Source of the DNA: Octopus sinensis
Lineage: Eukaryota
Reading direction: 5' to 3'
Assembly (NCBI RefSeq): GCF_006345805.1
Contig: NC_043003.1
Span: 38,626,001-38,690,000 of the forward strand
Length of the DNA: 64,000 bases
The notes beneath the pieces are model-generated. The model saw only the letters and a program-made list of their open reading frames with translations. It had not been told where the DNA came from and did no database searches. Shown here piece after piece: positions 1-12,579 of this stretch (position 1 is the first letter of the stretch; the number at the start of each line of letters is the position of its first letter). The position numbers and the translations under genes are program-made.

Positions 1-101
1 GGGCTTACAAAGAATAAGCCCCGGGGTCGATTTGCTCGAATAAAGGCGGTGCTCCAGCATGGCCGCAGTAAAATGACTGAAACAAGCAAAAAAGTAAAGA
101 G
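1..101 (+). mobile_element. SINE family A, 3' part
   Basis: GGCTTACAAAGAATAAG...GGGGTCGATTTGCTCGA...GGCGGTGCTCCAGCATGGCCGCAGT...ACTGAAACAAG matches the tail of full copies (e.g. 43616-44203). Confidence 0.85.
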
Positions 102-134
<33 letters not shown>

Positions 135-151
135 TATTATATATATATGTA

Positions 152-194
<43 letters not shown>

Positions 195-236
195 ATATAA
201 TATATGATAGGCGTGCTAACGTTTCTGCCAGCTCGC

Positions 237-325
<89 letters not shown>

Positions 326-330
326 ATATA

Positions 331-367
<37 letters not shown>

Positions 368-369
<2 letters not shown>

Positions 370-639
370 AAATATTGAATTTCTAAATCTCTCGTAGAGA
401 CCTGTACGGTGGTGGGGCGATAGAATGGTTGTATACTGTCAATCTAACAAGAACGTGACAGTAGGGGGTACACCACCGTTGATTAGCCCTAGGAGGCATC
501 GAACGCCTCCTGACAGCTTCGACACAGGGAAAAAATGTGTCGAAGCTGTCAGGAGGCGTTCGATGCCTCCTAGGGCTATACAACGGTGGTGTACCCCCTA
601 CTGTCACGTTCTTGTTAGATTGACAGTATACAACCATTC

Positions 640-642
<3 letters not shown>
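368..642. mobile_element. Inverted-repeat insertion in (TA)n (arms 420-526 / 536-642), probable Penelope pLTR-type fragment
   Basis: Near-perfect arms of about 107 bp with a 9-bp spacer; left arm extends about 50 bp further; (TA)n on both sides. Inverted repeat seen directly; PLE origin inferred. Confidence 0.7.
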
Positions 643-675
<33 letters not shown>

Positions 676-692
676 GTGTGTGTATATATACA

Positions 693-725
<33 letters not shown>

Positions 726-773
726 CAACACATATATATATATACAGACACATATACATATACACCTATATAT

Positions 774-850
<77 letters not shown>

Positions 851-1306
851 AATATATGTATATATATATATATATATATACACACACAATAAAGATGTGT
901 ACACACATATATATGCACATACATACATGCATACATATATATATATACATAAATAGATATGTATACACACACATACACACATTATTGGACTTTCCTCTGT
1001 CTCCTGTTTCACACACGTACACGCACACACACACACACACACACAGGGCATCCTTCTAGGAGAAGGTAACTCAGGTAACTGGGATAACTCCAATAAACCT
1101 GCGGGTCAGTGGTTACTGATGATGTTGACTTGTTCTTTTCGGATTATAGCTGCTGTAGCTTAGTGAGTGGGATTGACTCAGTGTACAGCCTTTCCTCACT
1201 TAAAAAATCTTCTTGCACAGGCATTGCACGATAACAACATTGATTAAACTTTGTGCAATGGCCATACTCGATAACGAGGGGGCAGCCACCATATAGACGT
1301 GTATAT

Positions 1307-1341
<35 letters not shown>

Positions 1342-3312
1342 TAGGGTAAATGTTTTTAAATTTTCACCTAATTTCTGAATTAATAATACTTGGCGGTGTG
1401 AGTTATGGCTGCTCTTTCTGGTGGACGAGTGACCTGTTGGGGTCACTCCTAAATCGTTATATTTATATATTTAGTCGATGACTATTTTCTCTTTTTCACC
1501 AGGCCGCTGGTTGCGATAAATTTCTATTGAATTTTTTTGCTACCCTAAATTGACTATATATATATATATATATATATACAGGTCGTCGACCGATCGACTT
1601 TATAACGATTGCCACGCGCCAGTTCCTGGCCGCAGTAATATATAGTCCAGTTGAAATCTAATGGGTTAAATTGTAGACAAATGGACTCCAGAAACGACCG
1701 TCGAAATATATCTAATATGGTGCTATAACCTTCAATAAACATTTCTCTTGAACTCTTAAAACAAATTTATCCTAATTAATTCTCTGATTTTTGAATCCAT
1801 CATTAATATTTCTCACTGCTCTCGATGTACCTTCTAACTCACAAGGCATTAGTCGAGCTATGTTATTAGTATTAGACACTTGCCCCAAATGCCGTGCAGT
1901 GGGAACGCATCCATAAAGGTCATCTTTTTTTTTTATTTTTAGTGATATTAACAATGTATTTGTCTTGTGAATATGCTTAACTAGCGATCAGTTGACTTAC
2001 TTAGACACAGAAAGTTTCCCTTCTCTTATTTATTATTTTCTGTATTTGTCTATCCTCTGTTGTTTAGCCACCAAGTCATTCCTAATCAAGCCGGCCTAGA
2101 AACAATGGCGTTCCAGTTTTATTTCTTCAATATTCCTCGTCCCCGAAATTATCTCAGACTGCATCATCCAATATATCTTCCCTTTTTCAAGACAGTAGGG
2201 TTTTGTTTGAGGGAGATTTAGCCGTTATTTCAGGCAGATGAGTGATTTATAACGGCTCTCTTTTTGTCTCGTTCATCTATCAGTTTATCTGTCTTTCTAT
2301 CTATCTGTGTATCTACGTATCTTGTTGTTTATCTGTCTGTACTGACTCCAAGACTTTTCCTTCGACTTTTAACTTTTATTACTGTAGAAATACCAAGAAT
2401 CTCCAGTCAACCGCTGTCGATAGACATGTCCCATAATGATAGCTTGTATCGTAAAGTGTGAAACTCTCAAGTCACGAAAACACGATAACGTGACAACTAC
2501 GTGTGTGTAGGTGGGTGTAATAGTTTGTTGTCGGGTTTTTACCCTAGTAATTTTTTATATTTTATCTTATACTTTATTGTATTGAATAGAAACCATATCT
2601 TTATCAAGACCCTTTATCTCTATGCGGTGTATCGGGTTTTATAAGCTGCTGGCCTTTCTAATCATTCTTGGTATTGTATAACATTACACTCGACTAACAA
2701 TACTGTTGCAGACTCACGCGTGACCTATCTTGATGTTTATCACAGGTCATGCGTGCACTAGCGTAGCTGGCGGGGCGGTACTTTTCGATCTGCTGGAGGC
2801 AATAAGTGTTTTTTTGCATGGTCCTGAAGCGGCACACACTCTAGCTGCGCTAGTGCATCAGACTATAGTACTTGTCTTTCTCATTGTTCTTATTTTAGTC
2901 AGCAGAGGATATCCATCGAAAGCGCTGTGCTCTTTCCCTCGATATTTTAATACGATATCTTCTCTAACAGTGCCGGCTTGATCATCATCCACCACTACCA
3001 CTTCAGTTTTTTTAAATCACTTATAGATGGTGAGTTGGCAGAACAGTAAGTGCGTCGGACAAAACTCCTGTAGTATTTAGTTAAAGTCCATCATGAGTTC
3101 AAATCCTACCGAGATCAACTTTGCTATTCATTATTTTGAAGTTCGTAAAATAACTTACAAATCAACTGCTGGGATCGATTTTGTAGAACGACCGTGCGTA
3201 AGGAGAGGTGACGAATGAATGACTCCTTTAATACACCACACGGTCGCTTACAATAAAAGCAAAAATGGATAAATGAGTATGAGTGCCAGAAGGAAAAGAA
3301 AGACGACACAAC

Positions 3313-3381
3313 CGTAGAATGTTAAGAGAAAGGTGTTATTTATGTGTTAGCAGAGTGTGTCTGTGTAGGCGACATAAGTAC

Positions 3382-3419
<38 letters not shown>

Positions 3420-4302
3420 TAATAATAATAACAATAATAGATAATAGACAGGCCGTTATGCATACATAATGTATATGTGTGTACAAATAAGGGTGTATGC
3501 GTGTGAGATAAAATACAGAGCATAGAAAGAGTTTACAATAGGATGCTAGATGGATGTTCACACAAGATGAAGATAAATATCAGTTCGTAGTAAAGTACAC
3601 AATAGTTGAAGTGTCGTCACAAGAAGTTGTGGCTACAATGCAGAGCCGGTTGAACACGTGTCGTGTAAGCGGTTGTGGCTACTATGCTGTGCCGGTTACT
3701 TGATACTGAAAGTTCTCGCAGGTTGAGCTAACTGTTAACCACGGTGAAGGAATTCACAAACAGTGAGAAGTTAAACCTGGGCGAATGTTGCTGAGTACGT
3801 AGAGATGTTGTTGGCGTCGTTAAGATGAAGGCGACGGAGATGGAGGCGATGTTAAGATGAAAGCGACGTTAAGATGAAGGCGACGGAGGTGAGGTCCAGA
3901 ATGCTGCTGGTGTTGTCTGTCGCTAGAATTGGCTGTGTCACTGGAACTGGCTGTGTGCTCTGTGGTCAGTGGTCAGACCTTAGAAGGTCTAGAACCAAAG
4001 ACGAAATACGGTTTGTTGATCTAGCTTTTTATAGGAACTAGGAGGCTCCAAACGGAGATTTTAGAAGACTGTGTCACGGAACCTTATCAGAAGGCTGAGA
4101 TTGGTTGGGTTGCACATTGTCGCGTAATAGAGCAAGAGACAAATTGCTCCAATACCAACCAATCAGAGTTCTGTACACAACAGGGTCCAATCGACCGAAG
4201 GTTAGCTGTTATCTGCTACGTCCGTATTTATGCTATATATAACAGAGAAAGAAAGAGCGAGAGAGAGAGAAAGAGAGAGAATTTCACTAAGCATACGCTA
4301 CA
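3313..4302 (-). mobile_element. Solo-LTR-like or TGT-terminus element
   Basis: Minus strand starts TGTAGCG, has CCAAT boxes and CTATAAAAAG (about 4023-4034), and ends near ...TTCTACG; no TSD seen. Confidence 0.35.
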
Positions 4303-4832
4303 ATTTAATAGACTATATCCTACCTTTAAATTTAATATTCTAACAAAGAATCTTAGAAGCCAATAGAATTATAATAGAGGACTAAGACTAAAGTTGTAAT
4401 GGCCGGTGCTGTATGATAGCCCAATTTTTAAAGTTACTTTAGAGAAATATGTCTCATCCATGTACACTCAATACATTTTATATTTTGGTTTGGCCTTCAG
4501 CAGTTATTGGTACTCTACAAAGTTTATTTGATGCCCACAATGGAGTTTTGCTAACACATTAGGGACGGTGCTGCTGTTGGAATACTGCTTTCAGAGATGT
4601 CTCCCAAGAGTGCATATTTAATACTGTCTAAATGGACATTTACATCATCTAAAGAATCAAATATTTTTTTTTAAAAAAAGGAAAAGAAAAATATAATTTC
4701 TAAAGAAATCATTTATTTTAAGGTTATCTATAAAACTTTCAACTATCTTATAGTTCTCAAAATAACAGTGGAATTTCCATGGATACTGCTAGTTTCCATT
4801 AGATTTATTGGCAACGCTAACTGAAACAGATT

Positions 4833-5379
4833 TGTAATCCCACATAATATTCGTTGGGAATCAACGACAGTTATTGCTCCTGATCGAACATTCTCGAACA
4901 ATCTAGAATATTCCAGAAAATTCCAGGCGACATGATTAACACCACCCTCTTTGCTAATTTACAACGCATAACTACAAAATAACTAGCAGGTGATCGCTAG
5001 TAGCACATCACCTATTTAAGCGTGCATTCCAGCTTAAATCGGTCTCTCTTCGAGACGCCACAAGGTCCACCGCGACCACGAGAGCCAGGCACATGAATTT
5101 GATATCTGATTTCCTTCCAGTAAGTAGCTCGTCATGATCTAGTGCCTGTGGAAAGTGAATCTCGTAGCTTGATTTATTTCTATTTACTCAAAGTTATCAT
5201 GGAACATGGCAAATTGTTCAAAAACCTTTCTTCTTCACTGTACGCGTTCGTTTGTCACGCATCTGAATACGACCTTGAACGTGGAGTTATTCTCACAGAA
5301 CGTGTGTTGTTATTTACTGCACAGAGATATTTCATGGTTATTAAATTAATGATCCAGTTCAATTATTAAAGTGTTCACA
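4833..5379 (+). mobile_element. LTR-like unit followed by a possible PBS
   Basis: TGTAA start, CTATTTAAG TATA-like box about 5013, ATTAAA about 5365, CACA end, then TGGCGAC; no TSD. Confidence 0.35.
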
Positions 5380-6025
5380 TTTTTATTGGCGACTTCCCAC
5401 GCTAAAGATTAAATCGGGAATTTTAAGTAGCAAGAAGCATTTTAATGTGTATATTTTCTACATTAACCTAATGCTGTGAAACAACGATGCTGTTTCAGCG
5501 TGTGGCTTATTGCAGTTTAAATTGTTTCCGCTGTGAAATTACCTGATCTGGATTAGGAGTGAAGTTAGGGTTACGGTTAGGATCAGGGTTAACGTTAGAC
5601 TGCATACTTAAGTATAAAATTGCGCTAAGACTGGATTAAATTTTTTCCAACCGTTTAGTTTTTCAAATTTTCGCCAGATCATTATCAAAAACCATAGTTC
5701 TGCTGTAGTTTTGCAAGCTGACTACGAAAATTGCATTAATCTTTTGCAGAAACTAATAATGGGAAAGATACGTTTAAAATATGTATTTTCAACCAATCGC
5801 AGCTTCGATTGCCAGACAAACCGGATATCAATGACTTTCTCCATGGGAACACCATGCACAAAACCTTTATGTGATTTGTCGACTTGCTAGAAATGGCAGC
5901 CAAATCTTTCTTAAACTACACCATAATGTCTAATGTCTAAAAGGCAAAAATGACGTAACATTGTGCCATAACACCGTTTATTTTCTCGCTTGACGCAGAC
6001 CAAACTGATTTCTACTTGTTGAGTG

Positions 6026-6322
6026 TGAAGCGTAGACGCGGGTAAATTCCTCTCCCTTAATTATATTTACACGCATTCGAACGTAGAAGGTAACAGCTAG
6101 CCTTTGGCCGCTGCTTGGATCCCGTTGTGTCTACTACTCCCATTGGTTGGTATTGGCTCAATTAATCTCCTGCTCTGTTGTACCAACTGACCGCCGACAA
6201 CCAATCAGAGTAGTGGACACAACGGGATCCAAACAGTGGTCAAAGGCTAGCTGTTACTTGCTACATTCGAATGCGCGTATATATAATAAAGGAAGAGATG
6301 AATTTCACACGTCTGCGCTACA
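6026..6322. mobile_element. Foldback/MITE with imperfect TIRs of about 125 bp
   Basis: 6026-6150 is the reverse complement of about 6198-6322 (GGTAACAGCTAGCCTTTGG...GGATCCCGTTGTGTC vs GACACAACGGGATCC...CAAAGGCTAGCTGTTAC). Confidence 0.8.
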
Positions 6323-6342
6323 AATGTTAGTAGCATCTAAAT

Positions 6343-7009
6343 TAAATGCAATGTTATTACCTGTTCAGATATGCTTGTTATTTCTTTACTGCACACAGGG
6401 AGCTAAACAAAGAGGGGACAAACAAGGACAGACAAACGGATTAAGTCTATTACATCGACCCCAGTGCGTAACTGGTACTTATTTAATCGACCCCGAAAGA
6501 ATGAAAGGCAAAGTCGACCTCGGCGGAATTTGAACTCAGAACGTAAATACAGACGAAATAACCATTTCTTTACTACCCACAAGGGGCTAAACACAGAGAG
6601 GACAAACAAGGACAGACAAACGGATTAAGTCGATTACATCGACCCCAGTGCATAACTAGTACTTAATTTATCGGCTCCGAAAGGATGAAAGGCAAAGTCG
6701 ACCTCGGCGGAATTTGAAATACCGCGAAAGCATTTCGCCCGGTGTGCTAGCGGTTCTGCCAGCTCGCCGCCTTCAGTTCAGATATGTTTGTGCCAGGTTC
6801 AGACTCGTAAGCAAGCCATTCATTGTGTTTTGTCATGGAGAAAATTTCTCCTTGTAGACAAATAGTGTGAAGTACTTCGTGCTGATTTAGGTGTATTTAC
6901 ACCATTTGTCTACAGTGAGAAATTTTCGCCATGACAAAACACTGAATGGCTTGCTAACGAGTTGGAACCTGCCGCAAGCATATTTGAACTAGTAATAATA
7001 TCGCATTTA
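6343..7009. mobile_element. Palindromic MITE interrupted by a SINE
   Basis: TAAATGCAATGTTATTAC (6343) pairs with GTAATAATATCGCATTTA (7009); 6776-6880 pairs with about 6890-6990. Confidence 0.8.
6379..6772 (-). mobile_element. SINE family B (tRNA-like head, GCCTTTCATCCTTTCGGGGTCGAT core) with duplicated body
   Basis: Reverse complement of GGCGGCGAGCTGGCAGAA head; 16-bp TSD GTTCAGATATG(C/T)TTGT at 6363-6378 and 6776-6791. Confidence 0.9.
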
Positions 7010-7134
7010 TACACATCGTTGCTTAGCGCTCCTCCCCGTAATCTAAAGTAAAGTCAATCTCAATGAATGTAATCTTTTTACTGAACTCACGACACTTAAA
7101 ACATTTACTGGGCTCCACAAATCGATATTAAATG

Positions 7135-7203
7135 TTCTTTCTTTTTATTCTGTTACATGTTTCAGTCATTAAACTGCGGCCATGCTGGGGCACCGTCTTG
7201 AGG
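7135..7203 (-). mobile_element. SINE family A 3' tail joined to U6 copy
   Basis: Minus strand reads GACGGTGCCCCAGCATGGCCGCAGTTTAATGACTGAAACATGTAACAGAATAAAAG. Confidence 0.8.
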
Positions 7204-7300
7204 AAAAATATGGAACGCTTCACAAATTTGCGTGTCATCCTTGCGCAGGGGCCATGCTAATCTTCTCTGTATCGTTCAAATTTTAGTACATGTACTGCCG
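7204..7300 (-). pseudogene. U6: U6 snRNA retrocopy (about 10 nt missing at 5' end, about 3 substitutions)
   Basis: Minus strand CGGCAGTACATGTACTAAAATTTGAACGATACAGAGAAGATTAGCATGGCCCCTGCGCAAGGATGACACGCAAATTTGTGAAGCGTTCCATATTTTT, including the ACAGAGA box and AGC triad. Confidence 0.97.
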
Positions 7301-8027
7301 TAACTATGTTTAAACTGTTTTACAAGGTTTACTGGTGTATTGTGAATACCATTAATATCGTCCTCATCGTCGTCGTCGTCGCCGCCGCCGCTACTGCCGC
7401 TTTATTTATACAATAGCAACATTGATAACCAACGACGTTGATGATGCATCTCTTCCATCCACAACAGCGACAGTAAATTGTCGAAAATGTGTACTCGAAA
7501 TGGACTGAAGTGCGTGTCGCGAATTCATCACATCAGCCGCTCCAATTAGAATGGGCGGAAACGTAATGAGATGACATACAGATCAACTGAAGCGTCTACC
7601 TAGTTGGATAAAGAACTGGTACTTGAGGAGAGATGTTGTACCTACTGATGTAGCGCCGGAAGTTCGTACGGTTCCTGGGATACAGTGAAGGGTTCGAAAG
7701 CAACCTCGTCCCACCGAGTAAAATTTCTTTAGGGGGCCCCTGCCAAAAACACCAGAAATCATTGAATTGGCTGAAGTACTGAAGTATCTACAGATTTTCA
7801 ACCGCTCTCTCCTTCTCTACCAGAAGCTACTAAGAAGTAGTGATTGCTTGTTTTATGTTGACATGTAACTCCAAAAGCTAATTTTGAGCAGTAACTTTTA
7901 TGATAAACTTTCAAGTTTGCAAAAACATATAAAGATCATTATGAGGATGATGGCTTATTCTGGACTCTACGCAGAACATGTTTGTAATTTCTTCCAGTTT
8001 TTGCTAATTAATATCAGCTGAACTGTA

Positions 8028-8640
8028 GGCGGCGAGCTTGCAGAAACATTTGCACGCCGGGCGAAGTGCTTAGCGGTATTTCGTCAGCCGCTACGTTCTG
8101 AGTTCAAATTCCGCCGAGGTCGACTTTGCCTTTCATCCTTTCGGGGTCGATTAAATAAGTACCAGTTACGCACTGAGGTCGATATAACCGACTTAATCCG
8201 TTTGTCTGTCCTTGTTTGTCCCCTCTATGTGTAGCCCCTTATGGGCAGTAAAGAAATAGGTATTTCGTCTGCCACTACGTTCTGAGTTCAAATTACGCCT
8301 AGGTCGACTTTGCCTTTCATTCTTTCGGGATCGATTAAATAAGTACCAGTTACGCACTGGGGTCGATGTAATCGACTTAATCCGTTTGTCTGTCCTCGTT
8401 TGCCCCTCTGTGTGTAGCCCCTTGTGGGCAGTAAAGAAATAAGAATCGTAAGCAGACCAAGCAAAATGCTTAGGGACATTTCGCCCGTCTTTACTTCCTG
8501 AGTTCAAATTACGCCGAGGTCGACTTTACATTTCATCCTTTTGGGGGTCGATAAAATAAGTACCAGTTGAGCACTGGGGTCGATGTAATCGACTTGCCCC
8601 TTCTCTGAAGTTGCTGGCCTTGTGCCATAATTTGAAATCT
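8028..8640 (+). mobile_element. SINE family B multimer (head, 184-bp body duplication, older copy)
   Basis: Head GGCGGCGAGCTTGCAGAA; GGTATTTCGTC at 8075 and 8259; third core at about 8500-8640. Confidence 0.9.
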
Positions 8641-9002
8641 GTGTCAGTTGAATTAGGTGAAAGGCAGAGGATTGACAGAATCATAAGAGCGACGGAAAAG
8701 TGCTTTGAAGTAATTTTGAGTTTAAATCCTACCGAAATCATCTTTCCCTTTTATTCTTTACGGGTTGACAAAATAAGTACAAATCAAGAACTAATTGACT
8801 AACCTCTTCTTCCAAATATCTGGCCTTGTACCTATATTTGAAACGATATAAGCTGAGTGAAACTCAATAAACAGATACATAAAAGCGTTCAGTGATCTGT
8901 TTTCTGTGGGTTGCGGGCGTATCAGGAGTCATAACCCATCCATCAAGAACGTCCAGCTCAGTATGGAAACAGTGTTTTTCTTCTGTTTAATGATACACAT
9001 AA

Positions 9003-9176
9003 GCGCAGACATAGCTGTGTGGTTAAGAAGCTCGCTTTGCAACCACGTGGTTTCGGGTTCCATCTCACTGCACGGCAGCTTGCGGAAGTGCCTTCTTCCA
9101 AAGCACCAGGCCGACCAATGCCTTGTGAGTGAATTTGCTAGACGGAAACTGTGTGGAAGCCTGTCGTAAATGTGAG

Positions 9177-9231
<55 letters not shown>

Positions 9232-9480
9232 TGTGTGTATGTGAGTGTATGTGTGTGTGTGTGTGCGCGCGTGTGTGTGCTTGTGTTTGGGTTTGTACCC
9301 TATCACTCCCGCTTGACAACCTGTGTAGTTTGGTCACATCCTGTAGCTTAGCGGTTTGTGGAGAGAACCAATAGAATAAGTACCCAACTTAAGAATATTC
9401 GACTGAAGAGTTTCCGGCGGTGCCACAGCAAGACCGCAATCCCATGACTGAAACAAGTGAAAATATAAAACATGAAAAGA
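9003..9480 (+). mobile_element. SINE family A, diverged full copy with internal (TG)n
   Basis: tRNA-like head GCTGTGTGGTTAAG...GGTTC, body, and tail ACTGAAACAAG. Confidence 0.8.
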
Positions 9481-10299
9481 AAGATGTACTAAATGTTCCG
9501 CTTCTCTACCGAAAATATTATTATTTCTTATTTTTTACCATTTTCTTGATGCATAAAGAAAATCATCCAAAAATGGACCACGTTTAGTGAAAAACAAGTA
9601 GTTACTTGTACTTTTAAGACTTCTATTGTTGTATTATAAATTTTATAAATCATAATGAGTAAATAACGTATGACTGAACGATTAAGAAACGGATCACTAA
9701 ACGTGACTCTACGTAGAACAAATATGAAATGAGGCAGTTATGTTTAACGAAAAAACAACAATTTAATGGCGGCTTCTGTTTCAAACCTTAGTGTACAGAC
9801 ATGTCACAGCTTATAGGTTGTGGTGGTGACTGGTTGAGTTGTTGAATGAAAATGTTTCTTGAGCTGTGTGTAGAGGTAACTGAATAAAACCCGCGAACAT
9901 TTAACGGAAAAATTTATTGTTCTACATAAAGACAAACTAGATTGACTTTTTATAGATAACAACAGCAATAATTACATACTGTGAAAGAGATACTGCTCAG
10001 AGTCTACGGCAACCTGCATCTTGCCCAATATAATTGGAAACAATTGTGCTATATCCGTGGCGATAGAAGTTCCTATCATCTATCTGCGCTAAATATCTTA
10101 ACCATTGTCCTGAACGGGTTTTATAGGGGATCAGAAGTCAAATTTTAGAATGTTCAAGAAAACCTGTTCACGCCATCGCTTCACACTGATTGGTTGGTTA
10201 ATAGACCGATCACGTGAATCTATGGTGCTCTTTTCGTGGTGTCTGACCGCGTTTCCAGCGATTCGGTTTCGAATCCTCGCTACAGGTTAAAAGCGAGAC

Positions 10300-10830
10300 T
10301 GTGTTGAGTGATGCGTGTGCCAAGTAATTTTCACACCAGCTGGAAAACAAAAATCAGTCTGCCAGCCATGCCACCTTCGTCCACTTTTCCTGGGATGGAG
10401 GATGGAGTTCTCAAGCACTTCATCCACTGGGTCCTATCAGAAACAGCCGTAACATTTCCCGGTTGGACTCCTACGTACGAACAACTGAGACTATAGATAG
10501 TATCCAACTACTTCGTTCTTAATCAACTTTTAAGTCTTCTACTGGTTGTTTAGGCTTCAAGAATTCGTCGTGCGATTCTCTCCTGCGACATTCTCATCAC
10601 ATGTCCGTTGTACCGGAGCTGTGACCGCTCAATACGGTGAAGCAGCAGCTTGATCTGGCGAGACTCCCTGATGTCCGAGCTATGTACCCTGTGGAATAAC
10701 GTTACACCAGAGATCCTTCCGAGGAACCCCATTTCGGCCGTTTGTATTCGTGATTGTATACGCAACATTCACTCATTACCAAGCATTCGTGATGAAATGT
10801 GAGAACAGGCACAAAAATCGAATTATATAT
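10300..10830 (-). mobile_element. RTE-clade LINE 3' fragment
   Basis: ORF 10550-10768 has AEMGFLGRISGVT...DIRE...IERSQLRYNGHVMRM, typical of the RTE ORF C-terminus. Confidence 0.8.
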
Positions 10831-11131
10831 GTACGAGTGTATGGATGTAGGTATGCATGCCTGCATGCAAGTATGTATTAAATATATATTAGTATACCCG
10901 TGTCGACAAAAATGAAGACAGTTTTATTCGTTATAGAATAAAAAGAAGCTAAAAATTAAATGATTTTTTTCTCTTGAAAATATCTTCTATACCATGTATC
11001 TATTGCACATGGTTGTGCATGGTGGTGGTGGTGGTGGTGGTGGTGCACGTGTATGTGTGTGCGCGCGCGTTTGTGTTGCGTGCGTGTGCATATGTATGCA
11101 GAAATACGTTTTCGAGAATGTAGAATTATGT

Positions 11132-11531
11132 TACTCTTTTACTCTTTTACTTGTTTGACTGCGGCCGTGCTGGAGCACCGCCTTTAGTCAAGCAAATCGA
11201 GCCCAGGGTTTATTCTTTGTAAGCCTAGTACTTATTCTATCGGTCACTTTTGCCGAACCGCTAAGTTACGGGGGATACAAACACACCACCATCGGTTGTC
11301 AAGCGATATTGCGGTGGGGACGACAAACAGACACACAAACATATACACACACATACATACATATATATTCCTTGGGGCTGGCCGAGTTGGAGCAAATATC
11401 AGAATTAAACAGCCGAAATTTGCCATGATGATTCGGTTTCTGACTGAAGATTGAAGGCTTCGAATGACTTGTCTGTTTTCCGTGTTCGTCCCTTCGTGTA
11501 TTTCACGTTCTTTATATATAAATTTTTATTC

Positions 11532-11574
<43 letters not shown>

Positions 11575-11737
11575 AGACGGGTTTCTTTCAGTTTCCGTCT
11601 ACCAAATTCACTCACAAGGCTTTGGTCAGCCCGAGGCTATAGTAGAAGACACTTGCCCAAGGTGCCACACAGTGGGAATGAACCCAGTACCATGTGGTTG
11701 GTAAGCAAGCTACTTACCACACAGCCACTTCTGCGCC
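11132..11737 (-). mobile_element. SINE family A full copy with nested insert (about 11368-11530) in its internal (TA)n
   Basis: Head at 11737, tail at 11132; the insert matches 50350-50520 and 36905-37025. Confidence 0.85.
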
Positions 11738-12579
11738 TATAGATTATTATAAATTGTTAGTCTGATCGCACACACACCACACACACACACACACACAGGT
11801 GCATGTCTTTCACTTCACGCATGCCTGTACGTATTAATCCACTATAACTACTTTGTCATTTCCTCGTCCTCGTCCTCGTCACCCTTCTCCTCTTCCTTTT
11901 CCTCAAGTTCCTCCTCCCCACCGTCTCTATGATTTCTTTTCTCTCTCACTGCGTTCTGCACCTCTTATGTTATCCGTACCTCTCTCCTACTCTTTCCCCA
12001 TGTCACTATACCGTGTAAAACGTGACTTGAGAAATCATTCAACAGACCAGCCAACCTACCAACCAGCCAACCAACCAACCCACTTTCAAACGTGTGTGCG
12101 CACGCGCGTTTGTGTGACGGCGCCCGTGTGTGTGTATATTGTTGACTTTGAAAATGTAATTCTAGTGAGTTTGAAGATATATTTCTTTGTCCACAATATC
12201 TCAGTCACCGAGCATTGAAGAGGTCTCTTATCAGAGATACAGAAGTGCATGATTTAAAATTGAACCGTTCGTGGTTGAATAGCTTACCACTCTCCTTCAG
12301 TAGCATATTTATATAAATGCCCTCAGATCAGTCTGCAAATGATTGACCTTCTAGGTGTGGGCTGGGGGCTAGTCGGTTACATCGACTACAGTACTCAACT
12401 GGTACTTATTATATCGACCTCGAAGAGATGAAAGGCAAAGCCAACCCCGACGGGTATGAACTCAGAAAGTAAAACTGCTAAACATTTTGTTCGTCGATTC
12501 TATCAGCTCCTCCACTCCTATTTATATTAATCTACGTTTATTCGCTTTCTAATTAACTTTTTAATATTTTACGTATTTA

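Noticed and set aside
383-1093. Long ORFs rich in YI/CV/HT/SL (here and throughout)
   Set aside because: Translations of (TA)n, (TG)n and (CT)n microsatellites. The near-identical peptide on both strands at 425-640 is caused by the palindrome.
6147-6609. Recurrent peptides such as HRPQCVTGTYLIDPERMKGKVDLGGI and RLPNPLTRLWSARGYSRRHLPK
   Set aside because: Translations of SINE families A and B, not a protein family.
7204-7300. Functional U6 gene
   Set aside because: 5' stem truncated, substitutions present, no evident TATA/PSE upstream, and fused to a SINE tail.
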